Positions 34,040 through 43,726 of a DNA stretch of 64,000 nucleotides are shown in pieces; the stretch's first letter is position 1, and every line of letters begins with the position of its first letter. Where the stretch lies: positions 5,225 through 69,224 of the IMG/VR virus record IMGVR_UViG_2795385957_000004. One strand, given 5' to 3'. Under the pieces are notes generated by a model that saw nothing but the letters and a program-made list of their open reading frames with translations, had not been told where the DNA came from and made no database searches. The translations under genes were made by a program, and so were the position numbers. Origin of the DNA: a virus.

Positions 34040-34582
34040 TTAGAGGGCACGCATTGCGGCCAGACGGTCAAGCGCTGCGGTTTCCTTACGCTGGGCCTCT
34101 ACGCGCTCCCTGGTGGCGCTATCCGCATCGCCCAGTGCGTCGGCAATCAGCGCATCCTTGGCCGCTTCGATGGTGAGGTACTTATCAGCGGCCAGCTTTA
34201 CCGCTGCGCGCACCTTGTCACGCGCACTTTCGGTCAGATTGGTGTACGACATCGTGGCGCGGTAACCAACACGCTGCATACCCGTATCGGTGAGCATGTC
34301 GCGCACGTCCTCATGCCAACTCGCCACGCGCGCGGGCTCGAATGTGCCGTGCTCGTACCGGTCGTACTTCTTGCCGTTAACGGTCAATTCACCGGGGGCG
34401 AATGACAGGGTGAGGCGAGCGGTAGTGAATCCAGGTTGTTCGACGGTCGTATCACTGTTCCAGTACCGATCGGCCTTAATCACGTGGGCGGCAATACCAA
34501 CCTTGGCGATACCGTCAATGCCACGCCCTTTGACGTGGATACGGATCACATCGTCGGTGGTTTCAAGTTCGGTGATGTTCAT
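34040..34582 (-). CDS. Hypothetical protein (first gene of the leftward operon)
   Basis: TAAGGA RBS downstream of a strong promoter. Confidence 0.7.
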   Translation of the reverse strand: MNITELETTDDVIRIHVKGRGIDGIAKVGIAAHVIKADRYWNSDTTVEQPGFTTARLTLSFAPGELTVNGKKYDRYEHGTFEPARVASWHEDVRDMLTDTGMQRVGYRATMSYTNLTESARDKVRAAVKLAADKYLTIEAAKDALIADALGDADSATRERVEAQRKETAALDRLAAMRAL

Positions 34583-34668
34583 TTGGGAGGGTCCTTACTA
34601 GTGGGAGGGTATTTAGCAGAGTCGCTAGCGTCTGTCTGTCGCTGTCCTAGTCCGGCCTGCTGATCAAT

Positions 34669-34697
34669 ACCGTACCAAGTACGTACGTTAAACGCAA
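34669..34697 (-). promoter_or_regulatory. Leftward sigma-A-like promoter
   Basis: TTGCGT-N17-TACGGT on the minus strand, extended TG. Confidence 0.7.
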
Positions 34698-34699
34698 AC

Positions 34700-35310
34700 C
34701 CAAATTCGGAAACACTGCCCTAGCTGCATGTTCGTCTATTAATGCTGTGCAGATTGGCAATCCGTACCAGTCGCATACGAAATGCATGCCCGTATGCGCT
34801 GCCGTACGTCACGCACAGCCACCGGCACGCATACATGGACACATTCCCTAGGCCATGTCTATTCAATCCGTGTAGGGCGATTCAACCCCTAAACATTCAC
34901 ACCCTCGGTTTACCCGTTACCCACAGCCACATACACCAATCAGCTATGTGCAACCGCACAAGGCCGCAACCATGCAGGTATCTGTAACCCCACCCAAAAC
35001 ACCCAAGTTTGCACGCTAACTTCGCATAACCACAGGTCAAACCAAGAATCAGTGCCGATTTTATATCGGATCTATGACCATCTCAGCTAACGCAACATAC
35101 GGCTATCCATTGTGGGTGGCTGAGCTATTAGTGCTGGTCAAGACCTGAATTGAATGAGTGCGGACCCCCTGGGGGGGTGCCTCTTCGTCCTGGTCGGCAC
35201 ACGCCTACCTCGGCCAGCGTTTCCTCTCTCTCCGGTTCTGGGGTGCCAGAAAACTGCTGGTCGCACTTGCATTTCCGCAGGTCGCGCTAATCCAATGAAT
35301 CGGGGGGTAC
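34700..35310. other. Non-coding strand-switch region; probable genome-end (cos/packaging) region
   Basis: About 600 bp without a credible ORF, lower GC, C/A-skewed, directly upstream of the small terminase. Confidence 0.5.
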
Positions 35311-35313
35311 TAG

Positions 35314-35682
35314 ATGCAGGAAAACGAGGTCCCATTTGGGCTTTCGTTGGCGGGAACAGAGCTGTGGACTGGCGTTACGTCGGGCCGGGAGCTTGATGCG
35401 CCGTCCAAGGTGCTGCTTTTGAATGCGTGCCGTATCGCTGATCGGCTTGATGATTTGGTGGAGACGATTGGTTCCCGGTTGACGGTGATTAATGATCAGG
35501 GTACGGAGACGATTAACCCGCTTATCTCTGAGCATCGGCAGCAGTATGCGACTTTGGCTGCGATTTTGTCGAAAATGGGCCTTGGGGAACTTCCTAAGTC
35601 TAAGTCTGGTCCGTCTAAGTGGGATGAGTTGGCGCGTCGTCGCCAGAATCGGAATGCGGTTCCGCAATTGAAGGCTGCTTAG
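35314..35682 (+). CDS. Terminase small subunit
   Basis: G..LW..VT....L......LL..ACR.ADRLD.L...INPL..E.RQQ pattern; upstream of the large terminase. Confidence 0.75.
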   Translation: MQENEVPFGLSLAGTELWTGVTSGRELDAPSKVLLLNACRIADRLDDLVETIGSRLTVINDQGTETINPLISEHRQQYATLAAILSKMGLGELPKSKSGPSKWDELARRRQNRNAVPQLKAA

Positions 35683-35881
35683 TGCCTGGAATGATGCGTC
35701 GGACGTGTAGCCGGGGCTGTTGCATGCGGGGGAGTCGGCGTAGGGAACTTCGCCAATGGCGTCGTGACGTGTTTGACGAGATTCAGCCGGATTACGGCGT
35801 GGAGTACGAGTTTTTCAGGCAACGGGCTGATGCCGGTTTGCCTTTATTGGGGGGCGCTTCCCTCCAGTTGTAGGGGGGATT

Positions 35882-37390
35882 TTGACGACGGCGGAACTGG
35901 ATGTTTGGGAGCCGCTTACTGACACGACGAGTGTCTATCCGAATCTGATTGGCTCGCAAGAGCCGCGTCTATCGAATTATCCGACGTTCTTTACGTCGAT
36001 GGCCGATGACGGCATGGATTTCATCGAGACATTCGGATACCGGCTATTGCCTTGGCAAGAGGCGTTGTTTCGGGCGTCGCTGGGGCAGACGAAGGACGGT
36101 TTGTGGTCGTCGCGCCAGGTTGCGTTGATCGTTACTCGCCAGCAGGGGAAGACCGAGCTGCTTGAGGCGCGGGAGATGTTCGGCTTGTTCGAGCTGAATG
36201 AGCGCATTTTCCATACCTCGCAGCAGGCCAAGACTAATACGCAGGCGTGGCAGGCGCTCACGTCAAAGATTGATAGTTACCCCGATCTTGAGGAACTGTG
36301 TCTGCCGCATAAGAACGGCGGCGAGGAAGTTTCCATTCGTCGGCGTGGTCGCGGGAATGGGTTTATCCGCTATATCGCGCGGTCGCCGAACTCGGGTCGT
36401 GGTTTCCGTGACATCGACTTGGTGATGTGTGACGAGGCGTATGCCTTGTCGCCTGCCGAGTGGGCTGCTCTTGGCCCGACGCAGCGCGCGAATGCCAATC
36501 CGCAGACGTGGTTTACCTCGTCGGCGGGCACTGATCAGTCGGAGATGTTGTCCAAGGTTCGTGATGCGGGTGTGGCGCAGGTAGATCCGGCGTTGCTGTT
36601 CGCGGAATGGTCGCTGGCTGAGGGTTCGGACCCCTCTGACCGGTCGTTGTGGCCGATCGCGCAGCCGTCGCTTGGTGCACCGTTTTGCACGGTCCGGAAC
36701 TTGGAGTCCGAGTTCACGACGATGACGTTCGCGGAGTTCGCGCGCGAGCACATGGGCATGTGGGACGACCCGCGCGTCAACTCGGTGATCCCGATGGATT
36801 GCTGGGATGACTGCAAGGTTCCGGATTTGCCGGATGGTTCGCAACCGGTCGTGGATATGGATTGGACGGTCGCCTCGGTTGATGTGGCCCCAGATCGCGC
36901 GTGGGCCTCTATCGCGGTGGCGGGCAGGCGTCCGGACGGTAAGGCGCATGTCGAGGTTGTGCGGGCCGATCAGGGCGTGAATTGGATTGTTCCGACGATG
37001 CAGCGGTTGATTGCGTCATCGACTCCGCCGCGTGCTGTGGCGGTGCAGGCCGGTGCGCAGGCTGGCGCGTTCGGGGCGGAGCTTGAACAGGTCGGCTACA
37101 AGGTCTACATGCTCTCGCCGCAGGAGGTTTCGGCGGCGACAGCGAAGTTCCATGACGACATTGTGTCGGGGCAATTGACGCATTTGGACGACGAGACCCT
37201 GATTGCGGGCTTGTCGGGGGCGACGAAATACCCCATCGGAAAGATTGAGCATGGCGGTTGGGGATGGCTGCGTAAAGGTACGTCAGTCGATATTACGGGG
37301 ATTGTCGCATGCTCTTATGCGAACAGGATTTTGACTTTGGAATCGGCAGAGGAAACTTTGACGAAGAAGAAGCGGTACAGGATGGCGTAA
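35882..37390 (+). CDS. Terminase large subunit
   Basis: LLPWQ, RQQGKT Walker A, LVMCDEA Walker B, FAREHMG, VDVAPD nuclease. Confidence 0.93.
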   Translation: MTTAELDVWEPLTDTTSVYPNLIGSQEPRLSNYPTFFTSMADDGMDFIETFGYRLLPWQEALFRASLGQTKDGLWSSRQVALIVTRQQGKTELLEAREMFGLFELNERIFHTSQQAKTNTQAWQALTSKIDSYPDLEELCLPHKNGGEEVSIRRRGRGNGFIRYIARSPNSGRGFRDIDLVMCDEAYALSPAEWAALGPTQRANANPQTWFTSSAGTDQSEMLSKVRDAGVAQVDPALLFAEWSLAEGSDPSDRSLWPIAQPSLGAPFCTVRNLESEFTTMTFAEFAREHMGMWDDPRVNSVIPMDCWDDCKVPDLPDGSQPVVDMDWTVASVDVAPDRAWASIAVAGRRPDGKAHVEVVRADQGVNWIVPTMQRLIASSTPPRAVAVQAGAQAGAFGAELEQVGYKVYMLSPQEVSAATAKFHDDIVSGQLTHLDDETLIAGLSGATKYPIGKIEHGGWGWLRKGTSVDITGIVACSYANRILTLESAEETLTKKKRYRMA

Positions 37391-38818
37391 ATGGCAATTG
37401 AACTGCCTTCCGCGATTTCACACAATGAAGTTCGGAAGTACGTTTCTGATGTCGTGTGGCCGGAGTTCATTCACCGGCGAATGAAGTTGGACAAGATCGC
37501 GAACTGGGCTCGTGGCGCGCAGCCGGACTATCTGATTGCCCCTGCCAACAAGGAGAAACGCGCGCTGTTGAAGCTCGCGAAGACTCCGTGGCTCGGGCTG
37601 GTGGTGACGACGTTCACCCAGTGCTTGTTCGTGGACGGCTACCGGGCCGAGGGCGAGAAGCTGAATGCGCCAGGGCAGTGGCAGACGTGGAACGCCAACA
37701 ACATGGCCAAGCAGCAGATCGGTATTCACCGCGCCGCGTTGACCTACGGGTACTCGTATGGTCGTGCGCTGCCGGGGGTGGCGTTGGACGGCGCGAATCA
37801 GGCGACGTTGGCGGGGTTGTCGCCGCGTTCGTTGTTGGCGCTCTACGAGAATCCGGTGTCCGATGAATATCCGCGCTACGCGTTGGAGCTAATGCACAAC
37901 GGTTCTGCGGTGCGGTTCTACACCGACCAGTTCTACTACGACCTGCCGATGCCTACGAGCGGCGAGTTCCCGGTTGATCCGGAGCCGGTCTATCACGGCG
38001 TCGGGGTGTGTCCGTTCGTGCGCTACGTGAACATGATGGATCTGGACGGTTTCACCATGGGTGAGGTCGAGTATCTGATTCCGGCTGCCGCCAAGATCGA
38101 TAAGACCGACTTTGATCGGCTGTTGGCGCAGCATTACAACTCGTGGAAAGTCAAGGTGGCCACGGGTATTGACGAGCTGGATGCAGAGTCAACGCCAGAG
38201 GAAGCGCAGCAGGCCAAGTTCAAGCTGGCCCAGGACGACATTCTCATGCACGGCAATCATGAGGCGAAGTTCTACACGCTGCCCGAGACGGCGCTAGACG
38301 GATTCATTGCCTCCCATGAGCAGGACGTGGAATCGCTGGCAAGCAACGCGCAGCTCCCGTCCTACCTACTTACCGGCAAGCTCGCGAATCTGTCCGCAGA
38401 TGCGCTGACAGCGGCAACGAAGGGCACCACGCAGAAGTTGTATGAGCGTCAGGTGACGTTCGGGTCGGCCCACAACCAGTTGATGCGGTTGGCGGCTCAC
38501 ATCGAGGGCGATGCGGCGGCTGCCCGTGATTTCACGGCGTCAGTTTCATGGCAGGACACCCAGATTCGTTCGTTGGCTCAGGCAGTCGATGCCTACGGCA
38601 AGGCTGCACAGATGCTCGGTATGCCCAAGCAGTTCTTGTGGTCGTTGATTCCGGGTATCACGCAGTCGGATGTTGAGGCGATGGAGAAGCATTTCCACGA
38701 CGACGATCCGGTGACTAAGACATTGCTGTATTGGAACAACGGTCCGGGTCAGGACCCCAATGCGCAGGCGAAGCAGTCGGGAGTTCCGGGTAATGACGGG
38801 CTTCGCGTGGCTGCATAA
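37391..38818 (+). CDS. Portal protein
   Basis: Follows terminase; SPP1-like portal (ANLSADAL). Confidence 0.88.
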   Translation: MAIELPSAISHNEVRKYVSDVVWPEFIHRRMKLDKIANWARGAQPDYLIAPANKEKRALLKLAKTPWLGLVVTTFTQCLFVDGYRAEGEKLNAPGQWQTWNANNMAKQQIGIHRAALTYGYSYGRALPGVALDGANQATLAGLSPRSLLALYENPVSDEYPRYALELMHNGSAVRFYTDQFYYDLPMPTSGEFPVDPEPVYHGVGVCPFVRYVNMMDLDGFTMGEVEYLIPAAAKIDKTDFDRLLAQHYNSWKVKVATGIDELDAESTPEEAQQAKFKLAQDDILMHGNHEAKFYTLPETALDGFIASHEQDVESLASNAQLPSYLLTGKLANLSADALTAATKGTTQKLYERQVTFGSAHNQLMRLAAHIEGDAAAARDFTASVSWQDTQIRSLAQAVDAYGKAAQMLGMPKQFLWSLIPGITQSDVEAMEKHFHDDDPVTKTLLYWNNGPGQDPNAQAKQSGVPGNDGLRVAA

Positions 38819-38835
38819 CTAAATAGGGGGGTTCC

Positions 38836-40113
38836 GTGGCCACTGAGCAGAAGCCTAAGGAGCCGAAAGCGATTCCGGCCCTGGCGGAATGGTACGCGGC
38901 ACAGCATGCCGACCAGCAGGACGGTATCGCCGATCAAGTTGCGGCTGGTTTGGGAATCCTTTGGGCCATCTTGCAATTCAACGATCTGGACAAGACCACC
39001 CCGTCGTGGCTACACGCTACCACGCTTGAAATTGAGAAGGGCTACGAAGCAAGTAGTCAAGCGGCGTTCGAGTACGTGCAAGCCGCGAAGTGGTCTGTCG
39101 ATCCGGAGGCTTCGCCGCTGGCGAAGGTGAATGTGCCTTTGCCGGTGGCCGATACGCAGTTGAAGATGCGGGTCACGGGTCCAATTGAGGTCAAGCGCAA
39201 GATGCCCGCGCCGGAGCGCGATGGCATGGCTGCGGGCGAGAAGTCGTCCACGGGCGCTGGTGTTACTGCGGCGGTGGATGGCGCGCGTGAGCAGGTGCTT
39301 GCGCAGGTGCAGGCCGAGTATCGGCGGGTCATGAAGCAAGAGGCAAAAGCCTTGGCTTCCAGTCCGGTTCGTGATCGGCAGTGGGCGTCTGTCCAGAAGT
39401 GGGAGGCCGAGCTTGCCGAGCTGCGGGCCAATGGTGTTCCGGAGACCTCGGGGCGTGTGCGTCGGCTCACTGAGCTGATCGCGCCGGTCCGGGAAGCTCT
39501 CGGGGACTACACGCCGTCGTCAGATGCTCCGGTGCCGGAGGGCGCGAATGCGTCCAAGCGTGCGAATCGGGGAGGCCGTCCCGAGCCGTCTACGGGCGGC
39601 AAGGCGGCGATTGGGTATGCGCGGGTTACGGATAACGATCCGTGCTATTTCTGCGCTGTGTTGGCCTCGCAAGGGGCGACCTATTACAGCGAGGATTCGT
39701 TTGACCGGTCTAATTCGCTGATTCGTGAGGTCACGTGGACGAGTAATAGCGATAAGGGTACGCGGCGCGCGTTCCTTGGTGATGGACCAGCGAAGGTGCA
39801 CGACCACTGTCGCTGCACGTTGCGTCCGGTGTATCGGGAAGCCGATAAGTACGACAAGCGTGCCAAGTATTTCTTGGATCAGTGGGACAAGCTGACGGAC
39901 GGCTTGAGTGGCAGGGATGCCATGAATGAGTTCCGGCAGAAGTATGTGCCACCTCCACCGTACAGCGCGGATGTGCTGGATTTGAAAGAGCGGAAGCGCA
40001 TTGTCGCTGATGTTCGTCATAACCGTGAGGCTTTGATGTCGCGCGGGTTTGCGGCCAATTCGCCGCAGGTCAAGTTTCTTGACAGTTCTATTCGGAAACT
40101 AGAAGCAATCTAG
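38836..40113 (+). CDS. MuF-like / capsid maturation-associated minor head protein
   Basis: GYARV...PCYFCAVLASQG..Y...HDHCRC. Confidence 0.7.
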   Translation: MATEQKPKEPKAIPALAEWYAAQHADQQDGIADQVAAGLGILWAILQFNDLDKTTPSWLHATTLEIEKGYEASSQAAFEYVQAAKWSVDPEASPLAKVNVPLPVADTQLKMRVTGPIEVKRKMPAPERDGMAAGEKSSTGAGVTAAVDGAREQVLAQVQAEYRRVMKQEAKALASSPVRDRQWASVQKWEAELAELRANGVPETSGRVRRLTELIAPVREALGDYTPSSDAPVPEGANASKRANRGGRPEPSTGGKAAIGYARVTDNDPCYFCAVLASQGATYYSEDSFDRSNSLIREVTWTSNSDKGTRRAFLGDGPAKVHDHCRCTLRPVYREADKYDKRAKYFLDQWDKLTDGLSGRDAMNEFRQKYVPPPPYSADVLDLKERKRIVADVRHNREALMSRGFAANSPQVKFLDSSIRKLEAI

Positions 40114-40172
40114 GTGCGCGGGACAGTCAACGCGCGATGTATTGGCTGGTTAGATAAGGAAGATAGTAGTAA

Positions 40173-40817
40173 ATGCCTGACATTGTGACTCCAGAAGTTG
40201 ATACCAACACGTCGGTTGATGATCCGGGTAACGGCGACCCGGTGGGTACGAACGATTCACTAAAGGATGACGAGGATAGCTTTAAGCCTATTGTGCTTGA
40301 TTCGCAGGATGCCGTGAATGCATTCATGCAGAAGCGTATTTCCCGCGTCGAGAAGAAGTACGAGGGATTCGAGGACTTCAAGGCCAAGGCTAGCCAGTTC
40401 GATCAACTGGAGGCCGAAAAGGGTTCTGACATCGAGAAGTTGACCCGGCGTGCCGATAAGGCTGAGAAAGAGCGCGATGCGCTCCAGGAGAAGGTTACGA
40501 AGGCTGAGCGTGCGGAACTTGTGCGCGATATTGCTGACGAGCTTGGCCTGCCTAAGAAGTTGATTGGCCGTGTGCGCGGTGATTCCGAGGATGATATTCG
40601 GGCCGATATTGCAGATCTTCTGGATAGTGTGCCGTCGCCTAAGACGGATGATGATTCAAAGAATAAGAAGGATGATGCCGGTAATGACGGCCCTCCTTCT
40701 GGTGCTCCGAAGTCGAAGTTGAAGTTCGCCGCTACTGGCGACGAGTCAGACACTTTGAACATTAGTGCCGACGAAGTTTTGAAGCGTGTTCCACGCGGCG
40801 GTGGCGGTACGTACTAA
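40173..40817 (+). CDS. Scaffolding protein
   Basis: Acidic coiled coil before the capsid gene. Confidence 0.8.
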   Translation: MPDIVTPEVDTNTSVDDPGNGDPVGTNDSLKDDEDSFKPIVLDSQDAVNAFMQKRISRVEKKYEGFEDFKAKASQFDQLEAEKGSDIEKLTRRADKAEKERDALQEKVTKAERAELVRDIADELGLPKKLIGRVRGDSEDDIRADIADLLDSVPSPKTDDDSKNKKDDAGNDGPPSGAPKSKLKFAATGDESDTLNISADEVLKRVPRGGGGTY

Positions 40818-40858
40818 CTAGCTGCTGTTTAACAACTAAATATTGAAAGTGGGGGGTT

Positions 40859-42007
40859 TTGTCTCACATTTTTGTGAAGCCCGAGCTTGTTGCCGAGATT
40901 GGTATCAAGCAGCTCCAGCGTGAAATTGTCTTGCCTGGACTTGTTTGGACGAATCCGTTGACGAACTTTGGTGGTTCTAAGAACGATACTATTACGGTTC
41001 GTATCAAGGCGATCACGACCGCTAATCGTCGTGATCTGCGCTCTACCGACCGTTCAGTCGTGGCGTCTGATCTGGTCGAGCATTCAATTGCCGTGACGCT
41101 CGATAAGCACATCTACGCGGCATTGAAGTTCACCGATGAGCAGCGCACGTTGGACATCGTTGACTACACCGATCAGGTCATTAAGCCGCAGGTTTCAGCC
41201 GTTGCCTATGAGCTTGAGGACTATATTGCTGAGCTGATCGAGGGCGCTCCTTACGAGGAGACGTTGCTGATTGATCCGGCTGATACGGTGCCAGCGTTCA
41301 TTTCTGCCGATCAGCGTCTTGGCGAGAACTTTGTTCCGCAGAACGACCGCGTGTTGGTGGTTGGTTCATCTGTGGCCGCTGCGCTGGCCAAGGATCACCA
41401 GTTCCGTCACGCCGACTGGTCGGGCGATTCGGCGAACACGGCGCTGCGGGATGCTCACGTGGGCCGCTTGGCGGGCATGGACGTGATCAAGTCGCTGGCC
41501 ATCGCTCCTGACAAGGCGTACGTGTGGCATCGCTCGGCATTCATCTTGGCCACGCGTGCCCCGGTTGTGCCTGAGGGTGCTCGCGCGGGTGCCTCGTACG
41601 CGGTCGGTGGCACGGCTTTGCGCTGGCTTGCCGACTACGACTACTCGCAGTTGGGCGACCGCACGTTGCTTGACGTGTTCGCGGGCCGTCAGCACGTTAT
41701 CGACCCGAACCGTGGATTCATTCGCGCCGTGGAACTACAGCTCACGACGGACGGAATCAAGGTTGCTGGTGGCGATTTCGCGCTATTGACGACCACGGGT
41801 ACGCGCCAGTTGAAGGTGCGCGACAACAACGGCACCGACGTCACGGCGCGTTCGACGTTCACCTCTGCCACGCCGGCTAAGGCCACGGTTTCCGCTGACG
41901 GCCTGGTGACGGGTGTGGCTGCGGGTACGTCGGTGATCACGGCGTCTTATGTTCCGCCGCAGGGTGGTTCAGCCAAGACGGCGACCGTGACGGTGACGGT
42001 GCCGTAG
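40859..42007 (+). CDS. Major capsid protein with C-terminal Ig-like (Big_2) domain
   Basis: P22-coat-like sequence; C-terminal FTSATPAKATVSADGLVTGVAAGTSVITA. Confidence 0.88.
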   Translation: MSHIFVKPELVAEIGIKQLQREIVLPGLVWTNPLTNFGGSKNDTITVRIKAITTANRRDLRSTDRSVVASDLVEHSIAVTLDKHIYAALKFTDEQRTLDIVDYTDQVIKPQVSAVAYELEDYIAELIEGAPYEETLLIDPADTVPAFISADQRLGENFVPQNDRVLVVGSSVAAALAKDHQFRHADWSGDSANTALRDAHVGRLAGMDVIKSLAIAPDKAYVWHRSAFILATRAPVVPEGARAGASYAVGGTALRWLADYDYSQLGDRTLLDVFAGRQHVIDPNRGFIRAVELQLTTDGIKVAGGDFALLTTTGTRQLKVRDNNGTDVTARSTFTSATPAKATVSADGLVTGVAAGTSVITASYVPPQGGSAKTATVTVTVP

Positions 42008-42017
42008 GCGGTATCTG

Positions 42018-42488
42018 ATGGCGGGTTTGTTGGCGTCTATTGACGATCTACAGACCCTCATGCAGACGGAATTCTCCGGTGAGGCTCGGGAACAGGCAGA
42101 GGTTGTCCTGAGCATCGTGTCCAGTTGGGCACGGGTGGTGTCCGGTCAGTTGTGGCCGGATGCCCCCACCGGGGTTCCCGATGATGTGAGGGCGGTCGTG
42201 TTGGCCGCGTCCCGCCGTGAGTTGCGGAATCCAGACCGGGTGATTACCCGGCAGATGGGTCCGTTCAATGTCACCTACAGCGCGCCTCCGGACGGGTTCT
42301 TTTACCCGGCTGAGTTGGCGATCCTTAAGCGTTTCAAGCGCAGTGGGGGATTGCGCACGGTGGCCACGACTCGCGGCGATACGCCATGTATCGGAACTGC
42401 GTTCTTGCAGTACGGAAACGGTGACGTGTTGTTCCCTGCGTTCAGCGCGTTCGAGCCGGGATATGACGAGGCGATCCAGCTATGTTGA
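42018..42488 (+). CDS. Head-to-tail adaptor
   Basis: Position; LASIDDL...RNPD..QMGPF. Confidence 0.75.
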   Translation: MAGLLASIDDLQTLMQTEFSGEAREQAEVVLSIVSSWARVVSGQLWPDAPTGVPDDVRAVVLAASRRELRNPDRVITRQMGPFNVTYSAPPDGFFYPAELAILKRFKRSGGLRTVATTRGDTPCIGTAFLQYGNGDVLFPAFSAFEPGYDEAIQLC

Positions 42489-42820
42489 CGGAGCGGGTGT
42501 CGGTTTTCCGGGGAAGCTCAGACAAGTACGGCAATCCGAAAAAGGACCCCGATCAGTCAGTTGACGGGGTTTTCGCGTGGGGTGGTTCGCGCGGTAACGG
42601 TGCGCGGTTCACTCAGTCGAATGATCGGCGGGAGTCCTCGGCAATCAACGTGGACTTCTACGTGGCGCGGGGAACCAACTTGCGTGCTCGCGACCGGTTG
42701 AAGCGTTCCAACGGTGAAGAGTACGCCGTGATCGGTCACGCCTTGTGGGACCAGCAGCACCCTATGGACGGGTTCGACTTCGGTTGGATGGTGTTCAATT
42801 TGGAGTCGCTCAATGGTTGA
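42482..42820 (+). CDS. Head-to-tail stopper
   Basis: Position; DKYGNP motif. Confidence 0.7.
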   Translation: MLTERVSVFRGSSDKYGNPKKDPDQSVDGVFAWGGSRGNGARFTQSNDRRESSAINVDFYVARGTNLRARDRLKRSNGEEYAVIGHALWDQQHPMDGFDFGWMVFNLESLNG

Positions 42821-43199
42821 CAAGTTTCCGTTGTTCGACATTGAGGTACCGACTCCGAATAAGGCTCTAGCGCAGATTGTTTCGAGCGCTCCGGGTTTGA
42901 GCGCGTTCCTGTTGAAGACCGGGCAAGAGGTTGTCACTCGGTATCAGGCGCATGTGGCCCGCAAGACCGGAAGGTTGGCCGAGTCGGCGTTGACGCACGT
43001 GGTTATGGGCGGGAACAAGAAGAACGACCGCATGGTCGGCAAGGTGACCGTTGGTGGCCAGGCTGCGTTGTCCGAGTGGAAGGGTGAGCCGTTCTCGTAC
43101 GGCTTGATTCACGAATTCGGTTCACGCACAAAGAAGATCGAGTTCCCGGCTGCCGATGACTTGGTAGAGGTGATGAAGTCTATGTATGGGGGGCGGTAG
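42813..43199 (+). CDS. Neck/tail completion protein
   Basis: KTGRLAES...HEFG (HK97 gp10-like). Confidence 0.65.
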   Translation: MVDKFPLFDIEVPTPNKALAQIVSSAPGLSAFLLKTGQEVVTRYQAHVARKTGRLAESALTHVVMGGNKKNDRMVGKVTVGGQAALSEWKGEPFSYGLIHEFGSRTKKIEFPAADDLVEVMKSMYGGR

Positions 43200-43687
43200 T
43201 GGCTATTGCGTTGCCGCAGTGGTTCCAGCACAACTTTGTCAACGTCGAGAACTTGATGATCGACGTGTTCACGAAAGTGCTGCCTGACGTGGAGTCTGGT
43301 TGTTGGACGCCCGATGGCTGGTTGGACGAACAGTTGCCGCAAGAGGTTGATCCGATGCTGTGGTTCGTGCGTCTGCCTGGCGGGCATGTGGATTGGGATC
43401 GGCACCGGGACCAGAGTCTTGTGCAGGTCAGCGCCGTCACGGGCAGTCGGGATGACTCGTGGAACGTGATGAGCGTGGTGCGGTCGGTGCTCCTGCCGAT
43501 GCAGGGGTTCAAGTTCACGATGGCTGACGGGTTTACTGCGCAGATTCATTGCGCGGGGGAGAAGTCTGGGCCGGTTCTGCTCACCCCTGGTCAGCAGCTC
43601 GATACGCGCGTGGTTACTGCCGTGTTCGAGGTGGGGGTTGGTTTGCGTTATCGCAACAACTATTTGAAAGAAGTCGCCTTGCTTTAG
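43199..43687 (+). CDS. Tail terminator
   Basis: Position before the major tail gene; VRLPGG motif. Confidence 0.7.
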   Translation: MAIALPQWFQHNFVNVENLMIDVFTKVLPDVESGCWTPDGWLDEQLPQEVDPMLWFVRLPGGHVDWDRHRDQSLVQVSAVTGSRDDSWNVMSVVRSVLLPMQGFKFTMADGFTAQIHCAGEKSGPVLLTPGQQLDTRVVTAVFEVGVGLRYRNNYLKEVALL

Positions 43688-43726
43688 GCGGCAAATAACA
43701 ACTTAATACAGGAAGCACAACTAAAT

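Noticed and set aside
35682..35873. 63-aa ORF between the terminase subunits
   Set aside because: Possible, but no recognisable motif or clear RBS; not enough support to call.
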